This document shows positions 43,961 to 58,744 of a DNA stretch of 64,000 nt, in pieces (position 1 is the first letter of the stretch; each line of letters opens with the position of its first letter). Made by a program: the position numbers and the translations under genes. The DNA comes from Pocillopora damicornis (taxonomy: Eukaryota), in the NCBI RefSeq assembly GCF_003704095.1, contig NW_020846801.1, forward strand, positions 124,001 through 188,000, given 5' to 3'. The notes below the pieces were generated by a model. That model saw nothing but the letters and a program-made list of their open reading frames with translations. It searched no databases and was not told the DNA's origin.

Positions 43961-46900
43961 CTACCAATTGAGAGAATGTATTGCTAAATAATCATAGAAG
44001 AGGGCAGCAAAGGGTTGACGAGTGTCTCACAACTACCAGTAAGCGCACAATTACTATATGACATTTGAATTTTACACAAAGGAAAATTATTTTATAATTT
44101 TTGAAAAACAGTTAATTGCTCTTATGCTCAAGAAATAACCTAAAAAAAAGGCCATTTTCGTATATCACTTCAATTATACGCTTTTGCAGAAATTAAGATG
44201 GTCATGTTATGTCAAAACCATCGGAACAATTGACCGTGACCCCACTTAACATACTATTAACATAAGTTGTTTTGCGTACGAACCTGCATCAACAAGTTCT
44301 AATTTAATTGTAAAAACTTTCAGAACACTGTTTCTGCAGTGGGCACAATCTCAACCAGCATCCTTTTATTTACAATTCCTCCGTCCTTGTTTAAGCTTAT
44401 ACGCTGATCATGTGTCAAAACTGAATGTTTCTCTCATAGCAGTCTCTAGTAGCAACTTTTTAGTTTGACACTTGAACAGTCTTTGTAAACATGATAATAA
44501 CTTTGAACTGACTCTACTAACTTTTTTTGTTCTATTTTGCTGTAGCAAAACCTACCGACTCTTTCGTAAGTTTCCTTGCGCAGAGATCCGCCATATCGAT
44601 TAACATTCGTAGAAGGAAGTGCAAAACAGTTTTGAGTCACATTACTAATTTAGCTGGCGTAGTTGAATTCGCTACAGTTCACAGCTGCTTGCTATGCATA
44701 CCTGATAACAATAGTTCAATATCCCTTGATCCATTTCTTGGTGGAACAAACCGGGCCTTTATTCTGAATGACAGAGTGGTTCCTCGGGCACAAGCCGGAA
44801 ATGAAGTGCATGCGTTCGCAGTAGCAACATGGATATTTATCGTAGAGTCTCCCCTTATACCTTCAAGAATGTTGAGAATTCAAATAAACGATTTTTTTTC
44901 TCAGATCTAATTTAAATCGTAGGTTTTGTCACGCTGCGCTCGGTAGCTCCAGCTGCTCTTTGTTTCTATTAAAGATGAGACCGCTGACACAATATTGCTC
45001 AAAGTAAGTATGTGAGGTGATCGTAACATAGTTCAAAGAACAACGAGATTCATCCTGAGAGACCAACAGAAGAGCTCCTTTACCCTTACAAGAAATCGAC
45101 TGACGAACCCTTGGGTCTCCGAGGATGGCTGCGTTTGGACTCATCCCTTAGACCTCTTGTGGCCAATCACACAAGTGAGTATGCCCTGTCAGTAAGAATT
45201 AGTTCAGAGAGTTTGCACTTTTATTTTTGTAAAGTACGAAGCACTTAGTATCGAAAAGGTCTTCATTTTCTTCTGTATCAATAATATCTTCAGTTTAACT
45301 TGCAAAAATATTTAGTGGGTTTTAATTTTAAACCATTTTTCGGATTGCCTTTGATCCGCAGGTAGAATTTCCGTCGAAAAAAAAAAACTCGCACAGTAGA
45401 ACGCCCCTGAAAAATGGGAAAAGGAATCTCTTCATGCGATTCAAAAGGCTGTCGTTATTTGGACTTACTCGAAATTTTATTATATGAATCGTCTACAGTC
45501 ATAGCTCCTCTTTGTACGATTCATCAAGATGGAAAATTTGAACATTTTGAATTTCTGCCCCTTTAGCAGAAAATCACAATAATCAGTTCTTGGTTGAAAT
45601 TTTAGTCTTCTCAAGCCGCATAAATTTGTTCCCACAAAGCGCCAAATAAATTCAGTCATCCTAAATTAAATTCCCTCAAAATTCTTTTAGCTGTTCGGTA
45701 TTTTCAGGAAAATGTTGATAATGCGATTAAAAAATATAGCAGTTTGAGGCGATAAGAAGTACTGATAATAATAAACTTTCCTCTAATTGGTTTTGCAGGA
45801 TTTTAGAACAGCGCTCATGCATATGAATATTAGATAATCACGTTGCGGTTGACTGTCTTCACGGATTGTTAGCCTGTTCTCAATCAGTGGTGAAGAGCGG
45901 AAAAAACTGGCGATTGTTACGCAAACGAAAATAGTACAGCAGAAGTCGTTAAAGGCTGACCCTTATATATCTAAGGCTTGTATTTCTATGCGGACCGCGA
46001 CTCAAGATAACTTACAATTTTGCTTTTTCGGAGTAAGGGAAGAAAAGTAAGTATCGATTCCCTGCATATATGTCAGCTCCTATGAAACGTGTGATAAAAA
46101 AACGTGGCCATATATTGATCCTTCCCAAAATATACAAATGACTTAATTTCTAAAGTATGAATATCTTTTATGTTGTATATTCAAAAGAAAAACGATCGGA
46201 ACACAATACGCAGAGTCACGTTTTTATCCGTTTTAGGAGCTCTATCCGCTAATTGCATAATATTCCAACAATCGTTTTGACTGAATTCGATGGAAATCAA
46301 ATTTTATGTAGAAGACAGACTGACGAGAGTTTTATCTTAAACCTATTACTTGGCTACTGGAAATACTAGCGTGGAACTCCTTAGAAACTGGCATTCACGA
46401 TCAGAGAATGCCGCTCGAACGCTCGCGATTCAGTAGTTAGCTGAGCCGTAGTTAATCGGGAGACTTAATTTTTTATCAACTTTTTTTGTTTATTTGTTTT
46501 CTTTTATAACAAGTGAAAGTATAAGAAAGAAATACGGAAAAGACGTGAGAAAGAGGGAATAATTGCAGGGTTTCTAATAGGACCTTACAGTTCTCCATTT
46601 CAGTTCAGTGCTACAATGTACCACGATAATCTAGTTCTTTGACCATTTTACACGTGTCTTTATAAATTAGTTGCAATTTGTTGTTAGATCACAATGGAAA
46701 CTTCTACCTGATATTTTTTAGTATTCTCATTACCTGTTTGCTGAATATTGTGAGGATATTACGAGGAGAAGTTACATGTTAATCACTTAATTTGCTCCCC
46801 CAAACTTTCAAGGGAATTAAGGTGGTATATTTATGAGTAGATCGTGGCTGGGTGGCAACTTTGAGATAAATGATAGTCGCCAATATCGAGTTATTTAGTA

Positions 46901-49750
46901 ATTAGACGGATGAGTTAAAAATTCTTGGCCTTTTTTTTCATTTCAGAAAAATAACCTTATTTAGTACCTTTACGATGAGCAAGGTACAAGGTCAATACAA
47001 ACTGGTTCAAGAAGCCAGGGACCTGAAGACCACGGAGTCTGCGAAAGATCACTTATAAAGTCGAAAGATCATCATAAAACCGTTTTAAAAATAATTTTAA
47101 AGATGAATGGGTAAGGACTTAGTTTCTCACAGAGAAAGCGCGAAAATTTTCACAGGGAACACAGACCCGTTGCTTGCTTATCCCAAACCATCTCTCTGAT
47201 AACAATTCAAATGCATAAAAACCAAATTAAAACTTTTGACGATGTGGTCCTGTTATAACCTTTTTAAAGGTTTGAAATTTAAAATATGTGAAAAATCACA
47301 TCATGTAGAGTGAAGCCCGCTCCTTTCATCTGTTTAGCCAATAAAATAAGGTGAAGGACGATTATATATAGTTGCTCTCAATATTATGAACTCTTCTTTC
47401 GATGTTCAAAACATTTCAGTCATGATCAAGGCTATATTTGGCCAAAATATTGTGTGTGAAAACATAACTTAATAAAAGATCAAAATTTGCGAAATCAGGA
47501 ACTCAAGGATGTCAGCGAGGCGTGTTACGTTTTCGCAAAATTGGAATGGATACCTTAATTTTAATCAGCAAAACTGTTTCCTCTGTCCATGTCGTCTAAT
47601 GCAACTTGAATTCAAACGTAAATGATAACCACAACTGTAGTCTAGAAAAGTAGGAAAACATAAAGCGAAAGTTCCCCCATGATTATTTATCAAGGGCTGT
47701 GACAACCTTCACGAGCTCTTCATCGGAATGATGAAAGAGGGAGGGGAGGGTCGCCAAGATGTTTCTTTTCTTTTACGGGTCAAGGGATTGCATCGTACGT
47801 GAGTAGGTCCACTATCTAAGTGATTTTTCACTTGACCTATCAATTCAAATCAGTGAACCGTAATATAGGTATAAGTCCCGGACAAAAGTTTTCCGGCAGC
47901 TTTTTATAGAGCGGAAAATATTATATCCTGAGGGGAAAAGGTATTGAAACGCATTGAATTCAGTTCTACTCATGATTTCCATGCATAGTCATTTGTACAG
48001 TTTCCTTGCATACACATAGTATTGACTTTCGGCGGAAGGTCCTTTCTTTTCGTGATGAAATCCTACTCTGGTGGCTTGAAACGAAAGGGAAACACGGCAC
48101 GAAAGGTTGATGTTCCCGACCGGAAGTCATAGACCAATAGCCACTTCAGCGTGACAACGGAAGTTGCTTCAGGGAACCCACCTGTTCAAATCGGGGGTAT
48201 AGAACCGATTTCTATCGTTAGATCAACTTAGATTCAATTTGACATTACTTTATTTCATTTCCTATGCTTGCTTTTAACCAGAGAGAGAAGCTAAATAAGT
48301 TCCTGATGGATTCAAAACTTTTTAATTTTTTTAAAAATAATTCCTTTTCTCTCATCCTCTATTCACTATCATTTTGAACAACTGTTGTTGTTTGCCTAGA
48401 GACCAGTTCCTTTGAACGTGTTCGATGAAATATCGGGCCGTCTCACTCCTTACTCACCATTAAGAGTCTGAAGAAGTGTATGAAGTTTCCGGAAGCAGCA
48501 TCTTAAGATGTATTGCATTGCTAAGCGTTTTCTGTTTACATCACGTAGTTTTTGAACCCTGAATAAATAATTCATTGAGTATTTTGAAAAACGTGTTCGC
48601 TCGGCATGCCTGCTGGCTGGAATGAAACTGTAATCACCGTTGTACTGTTAGTCTATTAACGAAAACGGGATTAATCCTCGAGCGGTTTCATAAAACAAAC
48701 TGTTTTTCAGCCCGTCCCGTTCTGTCCTTTCCCCCTGTTGGGTAAATGTTGTTTTCGACAGTTATAAGAGGGTTGCGAACTGAAAGCGGCATAATTTTCC
48801 TTTCGAGAGTGCATGTCCACATTCAATGCCGAAATTCGCTGGCTATTCGATTCAAGACACAACTGCAGTTATTATTTTCCAACAGAAGATTTGTTAAATT
48901 ACCATGAACAATATTTCGACCGATTTTCCTGAAAATATGAAAACATTCCACCTTCCGCTCTAGCGACTTCATAAATCTACAACCTATCTATATTGCCTGA
49001 AGATGAAGGATTCGATTTCAATTTCGTTTCTTCTAGAAAATGATAGCATTAAATATCAACATTATGCAAATGCTAAGCCTATAACAATCTGCTTTAAATC
49101 TTCAGTTACTAAAACAAAAAGCGCTGTCGTATTTAAAGGAAAGCGATAAAGTTCGTGGATACGCAATCAAAACGAGAGTGAGGCCGATAAAAATGAAAAA
49201 CCTCACTCAAATTTGTCCGATTTGGTTTGTTAACGGATAATAAATCAATCGCTGTATAATTTCCTTGTCCCTAAGAATATCAAACATCTTTCGAAGATGA
49301 ATTAGTCAATGTACATAAATTTGTACCAACCCAAACAATTTTAATATTGTCTTCCTCGGCACACAAGTCAAATAAAACATGTCCTACAATATGATTTTTA
49401 TATTTACAAGATTTCAAGTATATTAACGACTTTAACTATACAAGCTTTCTCCTTACAAGCTTAGGGGAAGCTCATGACGTTCACGAGATAACTACCAGCG
49501 CAATATGCGCAAGACAGACCCCGAGATGAGCAATTTCTTCTATTTACAGAGAAAATGACCACGATTTCTTTACGAAAGAGGTCTCAGTTGTTCTGTTCGT
49601 AAACCAGAATATCTGTATGGTTTTGTCTAGGTATAAAAGCTCTTTCAACATTATGAATAAAACATAATCTCTGTACAAAATCCAAAGTCTGCCCACAGGG
49701 CTTATAAAAAATTTTTAGTCCACTGTGGTAGGTCCTATTTTATTATTTGC

Positions 49751-50522
49751 CTATTCCCATCCATTGTCTTTGATCATATGGGCCATTTCGATGATGAACT
49801 TTCCTTCCTTATACTTTTGGCTGTTCTCAAAGGCATGTTCCTGGGGGGAAAGTAAAGATAAAATGCAGCCATGATTAGACCACTCGTTCAAAGACATTAG
49901 TTGCTGTCATGTTTTCAACCTGGCAAAATTTGCATATTAGAGTTGTTTTGCTTCGATCCCGCGCAAAACCCACGCAATACTATCGAGCGGAAATTTGATG
50001 CAAAATAACATGGCGGATTCGGCAAAAGCGAAAGAAAAAATTAAATTCGAAGAGTTATACTCACGTATTTCCAACCCAAGGTGGTTTTACAGCACTCGCA
50101 ATAAATGTCGGCAACTGCGTGCAGTCCTGTCAACAAAACTCGCTCTTCAGCTGGACCGCAGCCGACGTTCACTCTGCGAAAAAAAATTCGTCAAGGATAA
50201 TCACAGACGAAATTCGCTTCCCACACCATAAATTGAAAATGAAACTACCATAAAATTATACTCACACTTTATTGAACAAGTACGCCCGCCCTTGACTACC
50301 TTGGAACGACTGAAAATAAAATGAATTGAATCAATATGGTTGTGTTGTTGTCATGAACCACGAACGATCATCTCTTCAAACGTATAAGTCAATTAATTTT
50401 GATAAAGATATTGCACCTACCTTAGAAATAAGTTCGTCGTGGTTTGCCAGATGAGCCCGACAGTGAATACAGCTATAGGTTCTATGGCAGTGAGGGAGAT
50501 ACGCTTGAAACGTTTTAACCAT
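49751..50522 (-). CDS. YPEL: Yippee-like protein (YPEL1/2/3 type), 114 aa, 4 coding exons
   Basis: Exons 50522-50421, 50309-50266, 50173-50065 and 49840-49751 give [10 protein letters not shown]...CIHC...[12 protein letters not shown]...[38 protein letters not shown]...GWE*. Confidence 0.96.
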
Positions 50523-52413
50523 AATGGCGAAGGAAACGAAAGAGAGCTCTCCTAACACGAAATAATGTTTCCAAAATGAAGAATTCTACACCCAACTGAA
50601 CGTTGTCCGTAAACTTCAATTCTAGAAAACACAAGTACGTCTCAGCCAGAAATATCAACAGCGGTTGGTCGGATAAATTACGCCTGATCCAAAGCACTAC
50701 TTTCACATTTTCTTTCAGCGCAGTAAAGATTTTCTGTCGCAGATCAATTTGTTTTGGAAATTTGTTTTCACGACACACGTGACAGCAAGCTAGGTTTTTG
50801 TTCGTCTCCACCAATTAGAGTGCTGGTTTAGATAACCTGAGCGAGATAAACCAATCAAAACACTCGATAAAAATACATGATACAAAAGCGAAAGAGGGAA
50901 AGAACGACCGGAAATAAGAAAATCACGGAGCTCGTTGCGTCATGCTTTTCCGCATGAGAACATGGTTGGGTAATGTACCAACAAAGATTTTTCTCGTTTT
51001 GAGAAATTATAGCATTGCTTTGCTCCTAAGCGATTGAAACTTTTCACAGATTTTAGATCCATTGTCAGATTTATACTTTCGTGACGGAAGGCACGGTTAA
51101 TAAGGTGTCCAGCTGCGAGAGTTTGTGAATTCAGCGCACGATTTTAAAGGATCCCATTTTTTCTCTGTAATTCAAGAAATTTGAAAGAGAGATAATCACC
51201 TACGAAAAGGACTTAGAAAATGGCTTTGTTATTATTGATGTTGATCGTGTGAATTTTGGCATTTCGTTATCGCAATTCGTTGTAACCATCAACAACATAG
51301 GAAGACGATTTGGTCTCGTGGGCGCCATGTGCTGGAATTGGCGCTTTGGAGAGTTTTCAATCGCTGAATGAAATGTTACTTTTAAATTATCAGATATACC
51401 CATTAAATGGAGATCGGAATAAAGATAGTTGACAGCTGAACTTCCGTTAAAACTTGATTCGTGGGAGCGAAACCATTCCGTGACAATATTGAAAGTTCAG
51501 AACATATGTGGTCGGATAAATCAAGCTATTATCGGGGAACTGATGAATAGGCCTTTCATGAGAGTGTATATGCAGTTAATTCTTTGCATCATTGTTCAGC
51601 TGCGCGTAGTAATACCCCATAACGGGCTCTTGTTTCTTTTATCGATCGCATCCTTTTCTAGCTTACGGTCAGGGCCTCATCATTAGCCCAAAATGGGTTA
51701 CAGTAAGTTTGAAGCCTTTAGCCACGCTAGCCGGCGAAAGGTCAAAGATTCCAGATCCTATACAGACCTCTCTCTCTCGTACTGCACATGGCGTTAAACT
51801 TACTAGCGGGCTAAAAGGCGCTCGTGCCTCAGTGCAAATAACCAGGATGTACTCACAGGCTAATAATAATTTTAGAGCTCTTTAACCGCAAACCAGGGGG
51901 TAGCGGAACAGGTGCGACTGTTACAAATAAAATTCAAACAATGATTCGTACTCAAGTAAGCTGTAGGAGATTGAGACAAAGTAATTCTATTTCGCTGCCC
52001 CTTGTAAGAGACTAAGACAAAGAAATTCTACTGTGTCAAAATTTCTGAAACATCTTGATTATTGAAATGAGTTTCTCTCTGGACAAAGTAAAATGCATGT
52101 TCTATACCCTTTTTTATGCGATTTTCACCTAAATAACAATAAGTGGGCTTCGTTTCACAACTGATTTTCGATGTATATGCGAGCTTTCAGAAATAAAAAG
52201 CCATCAAAGAGAAAAGCGGAGTTAGAAAAAAAGGTTTGCTGATTTATGGGTTGAAGATCTACGGATTTTGGAAAAGATTTGTCCCAGATTAATTAAGAAC
52301 CAAGAGCAAAATCTGTATGGACAAGCAGGTTCTGTAATTGCCGAAGAGTGCATATTCATTCTTTAGGCCTGGATCTTGGATTCCGTTTGTTATAAACTTT
52401 GCATCGTTGGAGA

Positions 52414-52484
52414 TCATCGTTTTGTGACCCTCTTTTGTCGTCATCGTTTTGTGACCCTCTTTTGTCCTCTGACCCTCTTTTTTT
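52414..52484. repeat. 27-bp tandem repeat (2 full + 1 partial)
   Basis: tcatcgttttgtgaccctcttttgtc repeated. Confidence 0.7.
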
Positions 52485-52908
52485 CCGTCACGGACCAGGC
52501 TCACCGGATGTCACGCAATAGAGAAATAGTAACGCTCTAGGGTACTTACCGGTAGTAAAGGGGAGTTATAGGTTGTAACCTGCAAAGCGGGTCTATTTTT
52601 TAACGTTTTTTTGCGAGAACGGATTTGCTGGATTCTCCGGCCGCTGTAAACACAGTAGATAGAGTTTTTGAAAGTGTATCTCAAATAAATCAAAATATCA
52701 CGGTAAAGGCGGCGTTCTCTGATCACAAGCAATGTTACTCTCTGACAAAAGATTATCCCTTTCTTTAACTGTATATATGCCGCTGCAGCATCCCTTCTCG
52801 GTCTCACACAGAATTCAACGGCTTCGGGTTAAGAGCTGAATTTGGCCACATAACGCATGAAAGCTCTAAAGGGTAAAGCTGTTGAATCGGACGCTTCAAG
52901 CTACGATC

Positions 52909-53250
52909 TTAGCTTGTTCGAAGAGTTGCACCTCTGACCATTTCGTCTCTCCCCTTAATGAGCCAGGTCACAGTCCCTAGTTTCCAGTGATTCCGGTTCT
53001 TATTCTCGTCTTGCACAATCACAACATCTCCACCGTTGGGATGAGAGGTCTGCTTTCTCCCCCACTTCACGATGTTGTTCTGGTAGACTCCGCACATACT
53101 CACGGGTCCATCGCATAGGTATCGCACCCGTTTCCGCAGATCCTTGTTGGGGTAGTGGAGTGCATGCGCATGTAATTCTGGAAGATGAGTCGGGTTGACG
53201 CGTAGCATCGAATTTGAAGTGAAAATAGGTAACTGGACATCATCCCTTAG
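52909..53250 (-). mobile_element. BEL/Pao LTR-retrotransposon integrase C-terminal fragment
   Basis: GDVVIVQDENKNRNHWKLGTVTWLIKGRDEMVRGATLRT matches the typical Pao post-integrase motif. Degenerate. Confidence 0.7.
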
Positions 53251-53262
53251 GTAATTCAGTAC

Positions 53263-54841
53263 GGTAGCAGAGACCGGAAATCGGGGTTTTATTCAACCCA
53301 CGAGCTAGAAAAGGTTTGACAGTGGATTTTATTAGACCAATACCTCCTGGGTAAGGCTCACTACGTCGTAAAGTCGAAAAGTGGTATACGATCCGAGAGA
53401 AAGGGGGTTGCTACGTAACCCCTTCATCAGCGTGAAAACGAGGTTGTAAAGAGCGTAACATTTGTTTACCTTTTTTTTTTTACATCCTCATCAACATTTG
53501 CGGTCCAAATACCCAGTTAGTTCAAAATACTTGCCTCATTAGTTAAATTTTACCATAAAGCGACGTCACGTGACTTATCACGAGACAAGAAAAAAAAGAA
53601 GCCCTTGAAAATGTAAAAAAAATCCTTGTCCTTTTATAGACAAGTATGAAATTTGATTCTCGGCCTCTCTTATCCAAAACCTTTTGTCATTTGGCTGTCC
53701 AAACGTTCACTTCACCATTTACAGGTATTTTGTTCTTTTTTTAATGATCGAAAATCAATGCTTGGTCGATTAAATAACAAAACATGAAGACGAGGCTGAT
53801 GCTCAGAGTTGTTTATCCTCTGCTTCTAATTTAAGATGATAATTATTAAGTTTTCAGACTGTCACTACAGTGAATCCTTGAAGAACTAACATCAAGTCAT
53901 TAGTATTGCGCAGGACATTACTCATTGCTCAAGTAATAGTCGTACGCGTACAAAGCTTCCAAAGCACATAGGCCAAGCATTATGTGTGCACCATCTCACC
54001 TCATCGCGTCTCCTTATAACACTCCTCAACAAAATGGGACACTGTTGTAGTTGTTACGAACTACGTGCGACAGACACCAATATTGCAGCGGAAATACTTG
54101 CTAATGCGGATGAGTATGGCACTGTTGTACCGACAAATATAGCACCTTGTCTGTTTCTTCAACTAGCGACAGACAACACAGATGTCAATGAAGAAACCCT
54201 CGATGGAAAAAAACACAACTCATGCGACATCTATGGTTGCCGTATGACCGTATGGACCAGAACCACCACCAGTCCAACTGGCCAACCACAATGACAAGAA
54301 ACTATCCCTACAAACAGGTAGAAGGATTTACGAGCTAAAAGAGTGTTCTGCATTTGAGAGACGACCTCAAGTCATTTTTTATACTGGTCAGGCTAAACAA
54401 GAGTGGTTTAAAGAAGAAAATGAGCTGTTCAGTTTGAGCTAGCACGTTGCGCTGATGAAGTGTTGAAAGTCACGAGAATGCATCCCTCAGGTCTAACAAT
54501 TCCTTAAGGATTTTTCTTCACGTGATGAGTCACGTGACGTCGCTTTTTTGGTAAAAGTAAACTAATGAAGCAAGTATTTTGAACTAACCGGGTATTTGGA
54601 CCGCAAGCGTTGATAAAGGTGTAAAAAGAGGAGTAAACAAATGTTATGCACTTTACAACCTTGTTTTCACACTGACTAATGGGTGACGTAGCAAACCCCC
54701 CTTTCTCTCAGATCGTATATCACTTCTCGACTTTACGACGTAGTGAGCCTTACTCAGGAGGTATTGGTCTAATAAAATCAACTGTCAAACCTTTTCTAGC
54801 TCGTGGGTGAACGAAAGCCCGATTTTCCGGTCTCTGCTACC
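53263..54841. mobile_element. Non-autonomous DNA transposon with ~320-bp TIRs and a decayed transposase-like fragment (possibly Academ-like)
   Basis: 53263-53585 is the reverse complement of 54520-54841. The internal ORF 53986-54294 has LNKMGHCCS...DNTDVNEETLDG. The right flank ends ...CAGACTA. Confidence 0.75.
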
Positions 54842-54976
54842 AGACTAAGAGGGCTGTTGTTCAAGGCAACTTCTACATCCAATACAACTTCCTCCAACTC
54901 TGAGAAACACAATGTTCCGTTGCCTAATGGTCTTATAAAATACACTCTTAAAGATTCCTATGAGGTGTTCAAACTG

Positions 54977-57197
54977 TAGGGTAGAGGAACATGGAAATAT
55001 AAAAAATTTCTGTGGTTTCGGCGAACTCCTAGAATAGCCGGCCACCAAATTACGCGCATTTTAGAAATTCGACCTAACAATGCACATGAGGGCGGTCTCA
55101 AAAATAAACGAAATTTATGCGGCCAACTCGTAACTGAGGCGTGATTTGTGTTCATAAAAGCTTTTTAATGAGTTGCAGTAAGATAAAACATCATTAAGTT
55201 AAAAAGATCTTCATTTTCATCTGGAAAAACAGAGCCGCTGAAAGCTGACTCTTGGCTCAAGGCGACCTATTGTTTTGTTTATCAGTCAATTATGAGAAAA
55301 GCCAGGGGGGAAAAGTCTAGAGGCCGAGGTAACTATGACAAGATTATTCAGAATATTTCAAGTTGTTCATTTAGAAACTGTTCATCTTAACAACACTTAA
55401 AGTGTAGTCCTTTCAATTCGAAAATGTAACCTTTAATCTAATGAAATTTCACCACGAGAATTTATTTATTGAAAGGTTTCCCTCTTTTGTGTCCACGAAC
55501 TATAAGTTTGCATAAAATCGTCGGAAGTGAGATACCTTTTCGAAACACAAAACAAATAAACCATATGGATTATTGATTTGGTCTAAAAACTGGGAGAAAA
55601 AGAGGTCCTGCACAAGTAGCTAACGATATGTGCAATGCTCGCAACACAAATGGCACACGAATGTTTTATAGAATGGAGTGGCTTTCAAAGCTTCAAATTC
55701 AGGGATTTTTTCGCGACTCTCTGCGAAGAGAAAGCGATCAGGTGGCAAGCAAACCTCCAGCGATGACGCTGAGCCTGACAATCATGAAGAAATAGCTGAA
55801 GAGTTTGCCTCGCTAACAGATGAACATATGCTCGAGAAAGCCAGTGTAGACGTACAGTCTGAAATCAGTGGTATCAAGCATCCAGTGATGTATGACATCT
55901 ACAACCTTTGCGAAATGGCGTTTGAAAATAAACCTTTATTTTTCAAGGTTAAGATGCTCAAGGAAATGTGCAAGCATTTTGAGATCACATCTAACTCAAG
56001 AGACACCAAATCAACTTTGGCTTGGAAAAAAATAGTCGAAGATTGCTCATTCACGAAAAAGTAAAATTATGCGCAATGCAAGTTTCAAACAATCATTTCG
56101 GTATATTTTAATTCCACAACTTTGTCAATGACATTTGTGACAGTTTGGTTTATTTGGATTCTGGATTATACGTAGTAGACCTTTAGGAAAGAATACCTGA
56201 ACGAAGTGAGAAAATAAGAAGACTTAAAAAGATTTATATTTATTTGAGTGTTCTGGAAACACCAGGACCGAAAACTAGGGTAATGAGTAAAATGAAAGTC
56301 CTTCTTCTTAGAGGTGAGATTTGAGACTGCATAAGGTTAAATGACAAAAAATTAATTGATGGAAAACACACCCGCGCACTTTTTGGTGCGGGGACGTATT
56401 GCAGGAAAAAAAAAAAACAAGTCTCGTAAACTCTGTAGTATTTGGAACTATTCTACCTGGTTGATTTCTATATGTTCCGGTCAAATCTTTAATCGTAGAC
56501 GATTACTTGAAAACATGTGGTTTATCAACATGGACGAAGCAGCACGAGGAACTTAATTTACATAAGAGAGATGGTTAGGTTTGAGCTCGGTAACGAAATA
56601 GAGAAATATGGTTTTCGTCTTGTCACGAGCGTGGGATAAAGTCCCCAAAGAAAAGAAAAAGAGTCCATGGGGACTCATAATTTTTTCTTTGTCCCACGCT
56701 TCGTGAGAACTTGAGGTTTCATCAACTCAGAAGAAGGGCCTTAAGATACATCAGTCCGCGTGGTAAAATATTCTTTGATCACATGTCACATAAATCAACT
56801 GAAAAATAATTTACTTTAAGTACCACGAATACGAAAACTTTGACTTTGAAACTTAGTATTATTCTGAATAAACCTGAATCTTGTGATAGCTGTCCTGGCC
56901 ACTAAAGTTTTCCCCCCTTTCTCTTTAAATGACTGATAGATTAGAGGTTGCCTAGAGCCAAGAGAAAGCTTTCGGCAGATCTGTTTTTCGAGATGAAAAT
57001 GAAGATCTTTTCCTACTCAATGATGTTTTATCTTAATGCAACTCATTAAAAAGCTTTTAAGGACTCAAATCACTCGTCAAACACAAGTTGGCCATATGGA
57101 TTTTCGAAAATGCGCGTAATTTGTTAGCCGGCTATTCTAGACTCGGAATTTCGCCGAAACCACAGCATGTTTTATGTTTCCATGCTCTTCTACCCTA
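54977..57197. mobile_element. DNA transposon derivative with ~280-bp TIRs (TAGGG...CCCTA)
   Basis: tagggtagaggaacatggaaa...tgtggtttcggcgaa is mirrored at 57197-56950. Internal decayed coding sequence at ~55580-56064 (GIFSRL). A small hairpin element is nested at ~56610-56706. Confidence 0.7.
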
Positions 57198-58744
57198 TTT
57201 TAGCCAGTCTGAATAAAAGATACAGACGGGAAGAGGCTGAAGTTTTGCGCTGAGCCGAGATAAAAAGTTGCATATTTCAGGTCACGGCGGTAGCGTCAAA
57301 GTGTGTCAAACAAAAATATTTTTAGCGAAAAGAACCCTTAAAAAAACAAAACTTATGTGCTCTGTTGTAATAAAGGGTTGATCTAAATATGCGAAACAAA
57401 ACAAAACGCTTAAAGCATAATTTCGTAAAAATACGAGGTCAGCAATTTATGCTACTTTTGATAATCGGTGTTGTTAAAAACGGGCGTTTGAGCACCGAAG
57501 GGTTTTCGCTCAGAAAAAAAATATTTTGCTTTATTTGAAAAAACCAAGGTGGTTTCGATTACTTGTAGACTAAGAAAGATTCTTGGGCAAAGTTTGAGAG
57601 AAATCGATTTTTCGACTCGAAACGCACCAGAACACTTTTAGAGAGACTGCGTCTTAAGGTTTCTTCCCACCTTCGCGAGTGTCCTTCGGAAAAAAATTCG
57701 TACGCGCACTGGTTTAACTAAAATCTTAGCAATCTGTACAACAGAAGAAAGCTTACTATCTGCAGCTTACGATAAAGATATAATTTAAGCGACTTTTCCC
57801 TCATAGCAGGAAATTTTTCTTTTTTACCAAGGACTTTCCTCCGGTTTCTCTTTTACTACAAGCAAAGATTTTTTTCCATAAACGAAGAGCTGCCACGTGT
57901 GACTTTTGTCAAGTGCGCGATGCAAACAAAATATGGAAATAACTGAAAAACGAGCCCTAAGATGAGAGGTTGCCGCGGAAGTTCCCTCAGGGGTTTCGCC
58001 CAGGACCGAGATTATGACACCTTCCTGATTTATAAAGTTATATTTGAAAACGCGTCTTTTTAAATAACTCGGGTGCTTTTGAAGGTTTCAGAAAATTTCT
58101 TAAAGGAAACGTCAGATTCAATGTTTGAATTCAGTTTGGTTATATAAAAGAAAATCGATTTTTTCGACCTCTGATGGTGGGAAGTAACTTTAAATGTTGA
58201 TCCATAGTTTGAGTATTCCTCTACGGGCAATAAATCTTTTCAGGCTTGCCAGGAAATAGTTGGTTTCCAGAGACTTAACTAAGTCAAGGTGAACTGCCCT
58301 GGTCAAGCTGCATCCGTATAACACCAAATACGCTTTGTTTTCTTTCTTAGGACTTACTTGGTAAAGAATAGGACCTGCAAGTCCACTCTAACCACTTGAA
58401 ATGGTGTACAACCTTGAGTTCACGTTTTCTTGATTCTCCGGCCTCTGGAGATAGTATCCACGCAATGGCAGAATTTTTAAATGTTTACTTCTAATAAATC
58501 AACATATCACGATAAAAGGCGGCGTTCTCCGATAACAAGCAGTGTTATTCTCTCACAAAAGATTATCCCTTTCTTGAACTGTATATGATTACAAAAATCA
58601 TTTCCCGTTGTCAACCAACTAATTTGGTTTATCGCACAATAGAACCACGTCAGGCTCAGCCCTCGACACTTACCCACGTCATTTTACTTATAAATAAAAT
58701 CACAGTGTTGGCTGTCGTTTACTATCTTAAGGAAATCTTTTACG

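Noticed and set aside
44527-44910. Plus-strand ORFs 44527-44910 and 23659-23970 conserved between duplicates
   Set aside because: Non-ATG starts, antisense to the TPC 5' region; the similarity is explained by the duplication.
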